Of a stretch of 64,000 nt of DNA, positions 49,387 through 59,411 are shown in pieces. A program made the translations under genes and the position numbers. Within the stretch, counting starts at the first letter, position 1; the number at the start of each line of letters is the position of its first letter. Source of the DNA: an uncultured archaeon (GTDB lineage Archaea > Hadarchaeota > Hadarchaeia > Hadarchaeales > Hadarchaeaceae); the NCBI GenBank assembly GCA_937921735.1, contig CAKZTQ010000015.1, forward strand, positions 1 to 64,000, written 5' to 3'. Below the pieces are notes generated by a model that was given only the letters and a program-made list of their open reading frames with translations, made no database searches and was not told the DNA's origin.

Positions 49387-51831
49387 CTAGCTTTCGCCGC
49401 CCTTCTTTCCTCGCCTCAACGCCAGATACGCCGCCGCTACGACGACCACCGCTATGACCACTGCCGCTGCTATCAGCGCCCATGGTATTTCGACGCGCTT
49501 CTCTTCCTCGGTAGGTACCTCCGCGGTTACCCTAAACTCCGATGTCGCTGATGTACCCGTTCCAGTTACCGTGGCCTTCAAATCGTCCCTCGTGAGGGTG
49601 GTCACCCTAGGAGCCGATACCGTTATCCTGACCTCTGCGTTCTCTCCAGGCCCAAGCGTCACCTCGTCTCGTTCGAGCCTCACGATCCAACCCTTTGCAC
49701 TGGTCACGGCGATCCTGTACGTATCAGCCTCGGTGCCGTCGTTCCTGATGGTTAGCGTAAACACCGCATCTTCTCCACCCTTGACCGTCTTAGCTCCCAG
49801 GCTCGCTGGCACCCAAACCGCGTACGGCTGGTACCAGACCTCGTGGTCCACGAGGTAGACGCGGGGCTCCCATGGCCAGCGGTTGTACTTTTCGTTGTCC
49901 GTCACCTGGTCATCCTGCACCCTGATGCCCGCTCCCAAGGCCTCGAGGATCGGGTTGGTGTTGAAGGGCTTGGTATAGCCACCGTAGTCGGCCTGCTCGC
50001 CCAACAGCAAGCCGCCACCAGCATAGACCCAGTCCTTGATCGCACTGATCTCGGCGCTTGTCAGGGATCTCTCTGCCGTGACGAACATTAGCACGCTGTA
50101 CGGCGCTAGTAGGGTCGAGGAAAGGGTACCTGTATACGTGTCGACCTTATAGCCAAGCGATCTCAAGTACTCGAGCCAAAGCTGCATGCGGTCGGCGTTA
50201 TGGAAGGCGGTTTCGGGTGTCCAGTAGAAGAGCACACTGTGCCCAGTCGCGTTTTCGTACCTCACCAGCCAACCTATCATGCGCGAGCCTATCTCCTTGT
50301 TCCTGAGGGCCTCGACGCTGAAGTGATCGGTGGGGGAGCTTCTGAAGCCGGCCGCGCCACCGTAAACGATGACCCTGCCGTTTCCGACTTTGGCCGCTGC
50401 TGCCACGATCGGGAACTCTCCCCTGCCAATGGGGATTGGGTAGGGCTCGCGGTACGACTCGTCCAGCGTGCAAGCGGTCTCCGTACCTATCATGATCGGC
50501 TTCGCTGGTGGCTCGACGATGAGCGAGGGGGTACTAAACACGAAGAAGTACTCGTCCTTCTTATACAGCGGGTATGGAGGCTCGGCTTTCGGGAAGTAAG
50601 GCGCCGCCGCTAGGAATGCGGAGTCCTCGACGCCCGTTCCCTTGGCAGTGATCTTGATGACGTTCCTGACCTTCTCCTTTGCGGCAGGGTCGACGGTAAT
50701 CCTAACCGTTACCTTACCTACCTCACCCGGCTTGAGCGAGAGCGTCGACGGCGAGGCTTCGGCCTTCCAACCAAGGTCGTCGGTCACGGATATCGTGTAA
50801 GTATCGTCTAAGCTGCCGGTGTTGGAGACCCCGATGACGGTCACTATGTCCTTGCCCGGCTCCTGCGTCACTAGGGTAGGCCTGAATCTGTTCTCCACCT
50901 TCGGGGACTGCGTCGGCACCGTCTGAAGGAAGGTCACCGCCACCTTTCTCATCACGGGCGTGGCGAGCGTACAGATGCTGTATAACCCCACCGTCGTCTT
51001 CCCGGTGGCGCTCTGGTAGGCAGCGCCTATGTCCGTGGTGACATCGACGTCGGCTATGGGCTGGTACAAGGCGTTGGCCCAGTTCGTGGTATCGCTCATT
51101 TGATCGTCTTGGAACCAAAGCCCGAAGCCCAGCGCCGAGAGTATCTTGTTGTGCACCTTGTAGTAGTTGTATCCGCCGTAATCGCTGGCATCCATCACCA
51201 GCAGGCCCTTGCCCCCCTCGACGAAGCTCTTTATGACTTGGATGTCCGCGTCCGGCAACAAGTTCGGATCCCCTCCCGTACCGGGCGATCCCAGCTGGAG
51301 CTGAGGTAGGACCAAGATGTCGTACTGCGCGAGCAGGCTCGCGGTGATGGGCTCCGTGCTGTCGCCAGTTACCGTGTAGCCCAAGTTTCGGAGGGCGGTG
51401 ATCATCTGCGCGCAACGCTCGGTGTTGTTGTAGACGTTATAGCCCTCGTACCAGAGCACTTTCTTGGCGCCGGGCACCATCCACTGAAAAACCTTGTCGA
51501 ACAACACGTCGAGGTGGGGGTTCGGGTTTTGGGCGCCGTTCCACCTCGTATCCCTACAGGCGGCCGCAAGACCAGCCGCTGCCACCGCTCCCGAGCCTAC
51601 CTTTTGCACGGCCATTATCGGCGGGCGATCGCCGGCCTTGTAGACCAGCCAAGGCTTGTCGCCCCTTTGATCCACGTTGTAGGCGGTCGCCGACCCGCTG
51701 AGGATAACGATGGGCTCTGGATTTTCCGCGACGGTTACGCTCGACGTCGTTAAGGCGAGCATCGCCATGATCATCAGAACCGATATCAAAACGCCGCTCT
51801 TCGTTATCGCTTTATGTCCTTTTGCCTTCAT
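49387..51831 (-). CDS. Cell-surface protein with two DUF4350/GldG-like domains, two Ig-like domains and a C-terminal TM anchor
   Basis: Signal peptide; duplicated LGYxV...GGxGLL...DYGGY...QDDQ unit; duplicated NxGxxxDTY...LxPGE Ig-like unit. Confidence 0.75.
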   Translation of the reverse strand: MKAKGHKAITKSGVLISVLMIMAMLALTTSSVTVAENPEPIVILSGSATAYNVDQRGDKPWLVYKAGDRPPIMAVQKVGSGAVAAAGLAAACRDTRWNGAQNPNPHLDVLFDKVFQWMVPGAKKVLWYEGYNVYNNTERCAQMITALRNLGYTVTGDSTEPITASLLAQYDILVLPQLQLGSPGTGGDPNLLPDADIQVIKSFVEGGKGLLVMDASDYGGYNYYKVHNKILSALGFGLWFQDDQMSDTTNWANALYQPIADVDVTTDIGAAYQSATGKTTVGLYSICTLATPVMRKVAVTFLQTVPTQSPKVENRFRPTLVTQEPGKDIVTVIGVSNTGSLDDTYTISVTDDLGWKAEASPSTLSLKPGEVGKVTVRITVDPAAKEKVRNVIKITAKGTGVEDSAFLAAAPYFPKAEPPYPLYKKDEYFFVFSTPSLIVEPPAKPIMIGTETACTLDESYREPYPIPIGRGEFPIVAAAAKVGNGRVIVYGGAAGFRSSPTDHFSVEALRNKEIGSRMIGWLVRYENATGHSVLFYWTPETAFHNADRMQLWLEYLRSLGYKVDTYTGTLSSTLLAPYSVLMFVTAERSLTSAEISAIKDWVYAGGGLLLGEQADYGGYTKPFNTNPILEALGAGIRVQDDQVTDNEKYNRWPWEPRVYLVDHEVWYQPYAVWVPASLGAKTVKGGEDAVFTLTIRNDGTEADTYRIAVTSAKGWIVRLERDEVTLGPGENAEVRITVSAPRVTTLTRDDLKATVTGTGTSATSEFRVTAEVPTEEEKRVEIPWALIAAAVVIAVVVVAAAYLALRRGKKGGES

Positions 51832-51861
51832 GATCTGCCTCCGAGATAGGGACGTCGAGCA

Positions 51862-52794
51862 TCATATAAATGTTTTGGGGTGGATACCGCCCGCCAATTG
51901 GGCACCGGCGAGGACCATGAGCGCCGCGGCCACCGTAGCTATAGCCAACGGGCCCAAGCCCGCGGCTTGTGTCCTAAAGCTCTTAAACGTGAACTTATAG
52001 TAGGGTTCTTCCAGCCAGACGCCCTGCGAGTGATTCCTGGCCTTTATCTCCACCTCCACCTCGTCCCCTTTGGGCCTAACGAAGAGGAAGATCGACTCGT
52101 ACTGGTTGTTCCAATCGAGGGAGTTGATCCCGAACGACATGAAACCATAGGCGGTGTTCTCGTTTATCGTCCATCGATGGAGGTGTCCGTGGAACCATAT
52201 ATCTATGTGCATCGCGCCATCCTTTATTGCCGCTCCCAGCTCGGGCCAGACGTTCCATTGGTAGTAGGGCTGGTGGGAGAAGAGAAAAACGGGTCTATTC
52301 CTATAGGTGATAAGCTCGCCCCATAGCCAGTCGAACTGCTCCCCACCCATCCACCCACCAGCGTAGTTGGTTCTGTTCTCCCAGCCTTTTTCGCTCGAGA
52401 TCATCACGAACCTGATCCCCGCCACGTCAATGCCTCTGTAAGACAACGGAAGTATCGGCTCCCCTGTATTATAGTCGAAGTCGTGGTTTCCCAAGATGTA
52501 GTACCACCTTTTGACCTTCAAGTTCCCCATGATTGAGGTGATGGGCTCAAAGCATCGGTCGCTATTGTTAGCTAGGTCGCCCAAACAGATAGCGTAGTCT
52601 GCGATCCCTAACTTATTCACGTCCTCGACCGCAGTGCGGAGGTACCTCTCCTCCCCCCCGGGGAACACATGGGGGTCGGAGAATACCCACCAAACCTGCA
52701 TACCGCCTCCGCGGTTTATTAGAAATATGCCCGCAAGCGCAGCGATGACCGCACAGGCCGCGACGACTGCAACCGCTATAGTTTTCGAGCTCAT
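51862..52794 (-). CDS. Membrane-anchored calcineurin-like metallophosphoesterase
   Basis: SDPH, GD, GNHD, SH, GHLH; N- and C-terminal hydrophobic segments. Confidence 0.88.
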   Translation of the reverse strand: MSSKTIAVAVVAACAVIAALAGIFLINRGGGMQVWWVFSDPHVFPGGEERYLRTAVEDVNKLGIADYAICLGDLANNSDRCFEPITSIMGNLKVKRWYYILGNHDFDYNTGEPILPLSYRGIDVAGIRFVMISSEKGWENRTNYAGGWMGGEQFDWLWGELITYRNRPVFLFSHQPYYQWNVWPELGAAIKDGAMHIDIWFHGHLHRWTINENTAYGFMSFGINSLDWNNQYESIFLFVRPKGDEVEVEIKARNHSQGVWLEEPYYKFTFKSFRTQAAGLGPLAIATVAAALMVLAGAQLAGGIHPKTFI

Positions 52795-52805
52795 GCCCAC
52801 CCTAC

Positions 52806-53894
52806 CTACTTGAGCCAACTGGAGTACACGCTCCCCCAGTCCCTCTGGAATATCTTCAGCAGGTCGCTAACTACCTCGGGCGATTTAACCATGACGCCTA
52901 CGTCCCTTCCCCCATCGGTTATGTACCTGATGTCGATGTTGGCACTTCCGACGTAGGCCCATTCGTTGTCGACCACCATGATCTTCGGGTGGGCCGAATA
53001 GGGGTGCCTGATCACCGTCACCCCTACGCCGTAGCCAGCTAGTTCTTTTAAGAAATACTCCCATTTGAGGGACTCCTTGTCCACCAAAACCTCCACTTTT
53101 ATACCCCTGTTTAAAGCGTTGTTTAGGGCCTCCTTCAGCCTCACGGGTAGGCCGTTGAATATGTACATATATATGTAAACATTTTCCCTCGCGCGGTTCA
53201 AAAGTTCGACAAACGCGTCCAACGTTCTGGTGACCTCCGACGGCAAATCTGGACCGTTGGCCACGGGGATTATCCAATCCGCCTCCCAGTACTCGCCACC
53301 TCTCGGCTCTCCCTTCGCCGCTACCCAACCCCCCTCGAAGATGTAGGCATAGGCGCCCGCTATTTCTTGGCCGTATAGCAGTAGGTTGATCTCTCGGTTG
53401 AAGGTCAAGGCGTAGTAGCTCCAGTTAGTGCTACCGATGCTCACCACCTTACCATCGACTATCATATACTTGGCATGGGTCTGTTTGGGATAAGACAGCA
53501 CCGTTATACCCTTGTGCCGCCCGAGTTCCCTCACTATATCAACATCGTAGTTTCGCCCGTCCACGAGGATCCTGACCTTCACCCCACGATCGGCTGCTTC
53601 CCTTAGGGCGTTGTAAACCTCGCCCAGTGGGCCTTGGGGAGGGCTCAGGTAATAGGCCTCTATATCTATCGTGTACTTCGCCTCTCGGATGAGCTTGAGC
53701 CAAGCGTCGGCGGTGTCCTCGATCCCCGGATCGTTCAGCTCGGGGGGCGCGGTCTCCGTCACCACGACGCTTCGAGTTGCAGGGGCCGTCGTCCCCCCGG
53801 AACTGTGATAGATATACACGGAAACGGCCGAGGCGACTATCAATGCCGCAAACAGGATGGCAACCTTTTGTGATCTAGCCTTCAAGCCTTCCAC
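52806..53894 (-). CDS. Membrane-anchored phospholipase D-superfamily phosphodiesterase/nuclease
   Basis: Two HKD motifs (HAKYMIVD..GSTN; HPKIMVVD..GSAN). Confidence 0.9.
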   Translation of the reverse strand: MEGLKARSQKVAILFAALIVASAVSVYIYHSSGGTTAPATRSVVVTETAPPELNDPGIEDTADAWLKLIREAKYTIDIEAYYLSPPQGPLGEVYNALREAADRGVKVRILVDGRNYDVDIVRELGRHKGITVLSYPKQTHAKYMIVDGKVVSIGSTNWSYYALTFNREINLLLYGQEIAGAYAYIFEGGWVAAKGEPRGGEYWEADWIIPVANGPDLPSEVTRTLDAFVELLNRARENVYIYMYIFNGLPVRLKEALNNALNRGIKVEVLVDKESLKWEYFLKELAGYGVGVTVIRHPYSAHPKIMVVDNEWAYVGSANIDIRYITDGGRDVGVMVKSPEVVSDLLKIFQRDWGSVYSSWLK

Positions 53895-54822
53895 CCTCGA
53901 CTGCTCTCCTCGCCCGACCGAAGTCTGCGTTGCAGCTTATGAATCTTTGGGCCGGCTGCACGGGGGCCCGCCTCCTGAGCACATATGCGGTTGCGGCCAA
54001 GGCGACGACGAGGATAGCCGCTGCCACCGGAATGGTCCAAGCTACCCTCGATCCCTCCTCCGCCGGCACCCCCAGCTTCAACAGACCTGCCTCGACCAAG
54101 GCGGTGTACCAGATATCCGACGTCAGCTGCACGGCGGCGTTGAGCCTGTTCTCGGCCATCGTCCTGAGCACGTCGTTCCACAGCACGCCCTGCGTTAACC
54201 AGTAGTTTATCTTATCGTTCTCGTAGCCAGTGAACGAGAAGCTTTCGTGGGCGACCTCGACGACCGCTTGGAATACGTTCTCGAGCAACTTGGGTCGGTA
54301 ATTGTAGATAGTTACCTCGTCCAGCATCGCGTCCGCCCTGTCCTCGAAGACCACATGCATGCCGCCTGGGTTGTAATCGGAAGTGGTGTGGAGGGGCATG
54401 GTGACGTCGGTGGCATAATGGGCTATTGCCCCCGCTAGAAGCGCGGCGCGCTCCCAATCCTCTGCCTTTAGGGCCTCGACGAACATGCGATAGTTGTCCG
54501 ATAGTGCCCACGGAAGCATGCCCAGCTTGGGGTCCCTCCCATCTGGGGACAAATCGACATCATAGTAGTGCCTATATTGTTCGTTCGGGTCCTCCCCCCG
54601 CCATTTCGTATCCGGGTAGATGGAATACTCGACGATAAGATCACCGAACGCGTCGAAGAAGGGCTCGTCTGGTAGCAGCTTCATTGCTCGTTCGGCAACT
54701 AACTCGTGAGCTCTCAGGCCCCAAGCCCGCACGAAAGCGGTGGGGGTGAGGCCCAACGCAACGATGCTAGAGAAGATAAACAGGGTAACGAAGAGCAAAC
54801 GGCTGCGAGCCCCAGTTTTCAA
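53875..54822 (-). CDS. Secreted S1/P1 nuclease / Zn-phospholipase C family protein with a C-terminal anchor
   Basis: Signal peptide then WGLRAH, HYYD, HYATDVTMPLH, HVVFE. Confidence 0.87.
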   Translation of the reverse strand: MKTGARSRLLFVTLFIFSSIVALGLTPTAFVRAWGLRAHELVAERAMKLLPDEPFFDAFGDLIVEYSIYPDTKWRGEDPNEQYRHYYDVDLSPDGRDPKLGMLPWALSDNYRMFVEALKAEDWERAALLAGAIAHYATDVTMPLHTTSDYNPGGMHVVFEDRADAMLDEVTIYNYRPKLLENVFQAVVEVAHESFSFTGYENDKINYWLTQGVLWNDVLRTMAENRLNAAVQLTSDIWYTALVEAGLLKLGVPAEEGSRVAWTIPVAAAILVVALAATAYVLRRRAPVQPAQRFISCNADFGRARRAVEGGRLEG

Positions 54823-54846
54823 ATTTTTCTACCTCCCAAGGTGATT

Positions 54847-56262
54847 CTACTTCCTCCTCAAGTAGAGGGCTATGGCAAGGCCGGCTATCGCGATGACCAC
54901 AACAGCTACGATCGCCCCCATTGGAAACTTAGGCGGCTTTTTCGGCACGGCCTTTTGAATGATCAGCTCGTCGAAGACCTCGCCGTTGACGTCGATCGCC
55001 CTCATATGGAGCATCCCGTTATCGTAGAGGTCGATGAGCACGAAGTGGTACCTCGAATCCGGCCCAAACGCCGTGTACCACTTAGGGCTGTAGCCGGTGT
55101 AGAGCGGAGCTCCCCAACCACCGGAGACCACGTATGTAATGCCGTTCTCGAGCGGCATGATCTCGCCGGGAGCCCTGGTCCAGTCCAGCGGGTGCGAGCG
55201 CTCGTAGGTGTGGAAGTGGCCCATCAGGACCAAATCGACGCCGTACTTGTCGAACAGAAATGCCCAATTATCTATCATCGCCCGCCCATTGGGGTTGTAA
55301 AAGGCCTTTGGGATATCCGATCTAGAGGAGACCATGTCCCTGTGGGTGACCACGATCTTCCAGAGATAATCCTTGGACGCCTCAAGCTCGCCCTGCAGCC
55401 ACTCCACCTGCTCCCTCCAAGCCTCGGAGCGGGGGTCCAGGATCTCGCTGTCGAGCACTATTATCCTCAAATCCGGCCCCCAGCTCAGCGCGTACCACCG
55501 CTCGTTGCCTGGCAGGTTAAAAACCGTATAGTAGTTCATGGCATGCGTCGCGGGATTATAGCTCGAGGGCTGCGGGTAGTAAATCTCGTGGTTGCCTATC
55601 GCCGGCACGATGGGGATCGTCAAGCCTTCTGGAGTAATCCAATACTGGCTAATCGCCGAAAACCAGTTGTCCCAAGTGTCCGGCCTCACTTGATCATCGC
55701 CGTTGTAGATGAAATCCCCGCTGAAAACCACGAAGGAGGGGCTATATTGCGCCATTAGGCGAGAAACGTTGTCCCTAGCGCTCGGCCATTGCGGATATGG
55801 ACTGGCGCCCGCCGACCTAGAATCTCCCCCCACCACGAACCTAAAACTTTTAGCCCGCTCCGGCGCCGTGCGGAAGGCTCGCTCCCCGCTCCACCCGTGC
55901 TCCGGATGGCCAGCGATGAAGTAGTACACCGTATCCGGCTGTAGACCGGTGAGCTCGACGTGGTGCACGTAACCCTCAAACTTCGCCGTGGTCACGCCCT
56001 CGCCGCCTGAGGCGCGGTAGCGGTACGCGTCGGGATCCCCACCTCTGGATTGGGTGTCGTAGCGCACCTCGCCGACGTAGTTCCCCACCGTGCGCCAGCT
56101 GACGTTGATGCTGTGGGCCGCGTTGTCGCGAGCCAAGCTCAGATAGATATAAGCTGGTCGGTCTTCGGCTTGGGCTAAAGCGGGGGTAAAATTGACGAAC
56201 AAGATCAGGGCGCTCGCGGCTAGCGCCGAAAACATCGCGATGTTTGCCCTGACGCGGGGCAT
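54847..56262 (-). CDS. Secreted purple acid phosphatase-family protein (FN3 plus metallophosphoesterase) with a C-terminal anchor
   Basis: HVELTGLQPDTVYY, GD, GDFIY, GNHE, H, GHFH. Confidence 0.9.
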   Translation of the reverse strand: MPRVRANIAMFSALAASALILFVNFTPALAQAEDRPAYIYLSLARDNAAHSINVSWRTVGNYVGEVRYDTQSRGGDPDAYRYRASGGEGVTTAKFEGYVHHVELTGLQPDTVYYFIAGHPEHGWSGERAFRTAPERAKSFRFVVGGDSRSAGASPYPQWPSARDNVSRLMAQYSPSFVVFSGDFIYNGDDQVRPDTWDNWFSAISQYWITPEGLTIPIVPAIGNHEIYYPQPSSYNPATHAMNYYTVFNLPGNERWYALSWGPDLRIIVLDSEILDPRSEAWREQVEWLQGELEASKDYLWKIVVTHRDMVSSRSDIPKAFYNPNGRAMIDNWAFLFDKYGVDLVLMGHFHTYERSHPLDWTRAPGEIMPLENGITYVVSGGWGAPLYTGYSPKWYTAFGPDSRYHFVLIDLYDNGMLHMRAIDVNGEVFDELIIQKAVPKKPPKFPMGAIVAVVVIAIAGLAIALYLRRK

Positions 56263-56363
56263 TATATCGACCAGTCACTTTAAAAGTTCCGAGTTTATAA
56301 ACGTTGGAGCGTTACGACTTTTGGTCGATCCTTCCAAATTCTTAGCATGCCGACATACGTGTA

Positions 56364-56675
56364 TCATTTAACTTTCGCCGTTACGCGCTGGACACGTTCA
56401 TCCATTCCCCTAGGTTGATCGAGGCGATCGTCTATTTTGACCGCCGTCAGCACGCGCTTCACCCCCGCGGCCAGCACGGCCTCGTGTGCCGCCCTCGCCA
56501 CCTCGAACGCGGTTTCGACGTCGCCCGCCTCGAAGACCGTGCAGGTAGGGCAGACCTTGTACTTGACGCCCGACGCCTTAACTGCCTCCACGGCCCTCGC
56601 GATGTAGTCGCTCAGTCCGGTCTCCGCCGTCCCCAGAGGCGTGACGGCGAGCTCGACCACCAGCAACCTCGCCAT
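56364..56675 (-). CDS. MTH1187/YkoF-like thiamine-binding protein
   Basis: VTPLGT..LSDYIA, KRVLTAVKIDDR. Confidence 0.85.
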   Translation of the reverse strand: MARLLVVELAVTPLGTAETGLSDYIARAVEAVKASGVKYKVCPTCTVFEAGDVETAFEVARAAHEAVLAAGVKRVLTAVKIDDRLDQPRGMDERVQRVTAKVK

Positions 56676-56739
56676 CGGTTCCCACCCCCATGAAGCGATA
56701 TATACGCGGTGAAAATAATTAAATCGAGGGGGTGGGGTC

Positions 56740-58170
56740 GTGTACCTATTGCTCGGCTGTGGCGATGTGGGCTACAGCTTGGCGAGCAAGCTTCGAGATA
56801 GAAAAGCGGAGTTCACTATCATCGACCAAGACGAGAACAAAATTTGGTGGTTAAAGGTCCTCGGTTACAATGCCGTGGCGGGGGATTTCCGCCGGATGGA
56901 GGTGCTCAGGCAGGCTGGGATCGAAAATGCCGAGATAGTATTGTTGCTAGCACAAGATTTCCCGACCGTTGAACAAACGCTCGCCACGATAAATCAGCTA
57001 AAGCGTTCGCTGATGATCGATCCAGTGGTGGTGGTGCGGATTACCGACGAGGCAGAAGTGCCGGAGGTGAAGCGCTTGGGTGCCTCGGAGGCGATGGCGT
57101 CGACGGAGATCCTGGCAGACTTCGCGCTGAAGAAATTCGATGAATTCGCCGCCATGGCCAAGGAGAAGAGGCTCAGGGCCATGTTGCGGGACTTCAAGGG
57201 CAAGATGGCGATAGTACTGCAGACGAACCCGGACCCCGACAGCATATCAAGTGGCATGGCACTGAAGCGTTACCTAGGAATACTGGGCATCGAGGCGGAC
57301 ATCGTCTACGACGGTGAGATAGGCCACCAGCAGAACCGCGCCTTGGTCAACCTTCTCAACATAGAGCTCCGCCATGTTACGCTGGACGGGGTGAAGTTCG
57401 AAGAATACGACGCGTTCGCGCTCGTCGACGTCGCCACCTCCGCGAACTGCGCGCTCCCCAAGGATATCGTGCCGATGATAGTCATAGACCACCACTCCGT
57501 TCCGTCAGGCGAGGTGAGGGCAAGGTATCAGGACATCACCGCGGTTGGGGCCACCGCGACCCTGATGACGAATTACCTGAGGTATGCGAACATAGAGATG
57601 GACCCCTCGATGGCAACCGCCCTAGCCTTCGGCATCCTAACTGATACCATGAACTTCACACGTGGGGCAACGCCCTTGGACTTCGATGCCTTCGAGTACC
57701 TCCGCAAGTTCATGAACACGGATCAGTTGATCAAACTGCAGTCGCCCGCGATCTCGCCTGATACCTTAGATGTGCTGGCGAGGGCGATCAAGGCGAGCAA
57801 GCTCAAAGGGGGCTACCTAATTTCCAACGTCGGCTTCGTCAAGGACAAGGATGCGATAGCTCAGGCGGCAGATTTCCTACTGCAGCGCGAGGGGGCCATG
57901 ACGGTGTTAGTTTACGGCATAGGGGAGCAAGCGGTGTACGTGTCCGCACGTACCAGCGACATCAGACTCCACCTCGGCAGGACCCTGAAGGAGATCTTCG
58001 GGGACATTGGCTCGGCCGGTGGGCATCCGACGATGGCGGGGGCGACCATCCCTCTGAAGGCCTTCGGCAAGATCTCGGATAAAAAGGCCCTCAAGGGAGC
58101 TGTCGAGCGAGCGGTGGGGCTAAAATTTTTAGAGCACATGGGCGCGGTGAAGCCAAAGTCGAAGCGCTAG
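56740..58170 (+). CDS. RCK/TrkA-N plus DHH-DHHA1 phosphoesterase
   Basis: GCGDVG Rossmann N-terminus; NPDPD, IDHH, SAR, AGGH. Confidence 0.87.
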   Translation: MYLLLGCGDVGYSLASKLRDRKAEFTIIDQDENKIWWLKVLGYNAVAGDFRRMEVLRQAGIENAEIVLLLAQDFPTVEQTLATINQLKRSLMIDPVVVVRITDEAEVPEVKRLGASEAMASTEILADFALKKFDEFAAMAKEKRLRAMLRDFKGKMAIVLQTNPDPDSISSGMALKRYLGILGIEADIVYDGEIGHQQNRALVNLLNIELRHVTLDGVKFEEYDAFALVDVATSANCALPKDIVPMIVIDHHSVPSGEVRARYQDITAVGATATLMTNYLRYANIEMDPSMATALAFGILTDTMNFTRGATPLDFDAFEYLRKFMNTDQLIKLQSPAISPDTLDVLARAIKASKLKGGYLISNVGFVKDKDAIAQAADFLLQREGAMTVLVYGIGEQAVYVSARTSDIRLHLGRTLKEIFGDIGSAGGHPTMAGATIPLKAFGKISDKKALKGAVERAVGLKFLEHMGAVKPKSKR

Positions 58171-58179
58171 GGTGGCCTG

Positions 58180-59064
58180 ATGGGCTACCTCCATGATGCC
58201 CTCAAGACATCCCTCCCTCCCGAGGAGCTCGAGCTCCTTCCTTCTGGCTTTGACCGCGTGGGCCACGTAGCGATCCTAACCCTGCCCCAAGCGATCATAC
58301 ACAGATCGGAGGAGATCGCTGGAGCCTTGCTGCGGTTGAAAGGTGTACGCACCGTGGCACTCAGGGAGGGCCCGATAACCGGGCGCTACAGGAGGCCCAA
58401 GATCAAGGTTATAGCGGGCGATCCCAACACCGAGACCGTACACAAGGAACACGGCTGCCTCTTCAAGTTGGACGTGGCTAGGGTCATGTTCGCGCCGGGT
58501 AACCTCTTTGAGCGCGGCCGCATCGCTGGGCTGGTGAAGCCCGGCGAGGTGGTAGTGGACATGTTTGCTGGGGTGGGGCAGTTCAGCATCCCGATAGCCA
58601 AACGCGCGAGGCCAGGCAGGGTGTATGCGATCGAGCTGAATCCCGTGGCGTATCGCTACCTCCGCGAAAACATCGAGCTCAATCGCGTCGAGCACGTCGT
58701 CGTCCCGTTACATGGGAATTGTGAGGAAGTGGCTCCTCTGGGCGTGGCCGACAGGGTAATAATGGGCATCCTGCATGTGACGCACAAGTACTTACCGCTC
58801 GCCATGCGGGTTCTAAAACCAACCGGTGGGGTGATCCACTATCACGAAAGCGTGCCCTCCAAGCTGCGCTTCCAACGGCCGATCGAGCGCATAATTTCCT
58901 CGACGAGGCGAACGGTCGAGATATTGAACAAGCGCGTGGTCAAGCGCTATGCCCCGGGTGTGGATCACGTGGTCATAGACGCTAAAGTGGGTCCAGGGCG
59001 TGACGACGAAAATATTTACGACCTTGCAACCAAATCAAATAAAAAGAACTGGGTTCCAACTTGA
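58180..59064 (+). CDS. Met10+/Trm5-family SAM-dependent tRNA modification enzyme, probably Taw2
   Basis: HKEHG, GNLFER, DMFAGVGQF, MG, IHYHE. Confidence 0.8.
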   Translation: MGYLHDALKTSLPPEELELLPSGFDRVGHVAILTLPQAIIHRSEEIAGALLRLKGVRTVALREGPITGRYRRPKIKVIAGDPNTETVHKEHGCLFKLDVARVMFAPGNLFERGRIAGLVKPGEVVVDMFAGVGQFSIPIAKRARPGRVYAIELNPVAYRYLRENIELNRVEHVVVPLHGNCEEVAPLGVADRVIMGILHVTHKYLPLAMRVLKPTGGVIHYHESVPSKLRFQRPIERIISSTRRTVEILNKRVVKRYAPGVDHVVIDAKVGPGRDDENIYDLATKSNKKNWVPT

Positions 59065-59318
59065 CGGCAAAAGTTAGGTTCGGAAAGGTCTTGATGGTGG
59101 CGGCTTTCGCTTGGTTCATCTTTTGGACTCTTATGGGCAAAGGCATCAGGACGACCTTTTGGACGGCTGTGGGGATCTGGTTCGTTGGTTTTCTGTTTTG
59201 GCTATATGGGGAGGGAATTCCCAAACCAAGCGACAACATGCTCAAGGAAATAGAGCGATACAGGCGCTCGTGGGGCTTCCCGCGCGGCGAGGATAAGGAG
59301 AAAAAGGAAGATGGATGA
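59061..59318 (+). CDS. Small two-TM membrane protein
   Basis: Two hydrophobic segments; overlaps the upstream stop codon. Confidence 0.5.
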   Translation: MTAKVRFGKVLMVAAFAWFIFWTLMGKGIRTTFWTAVGIWFVGFLFWLYGEGIPKPSDNMLKEIERYRRSWGFPRGEDKEKKEDG

Positions 59319-59411
59319 TAAGCCCGAGACCTGTATCCCAATGCCAAGTTGGTGGTCAATGTCCCGGAAACATAAAACGTAGCATCGACCTGTCACACTT
59401 GAGGTGAGGTA

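Noticed and set aside
54706-55758. 350-aa plus-strand ORF and the many other long antisense ORFs (e.g. 17268-18110, 15472-16257)
   Set aside because: Shadow ORFs of GC-rich genes with clear motifs on the other strand
59311-59382. Short ORFs between the membrane protein and the PUA gene
   Set aside because: Under 25 codons with no recognisable motif
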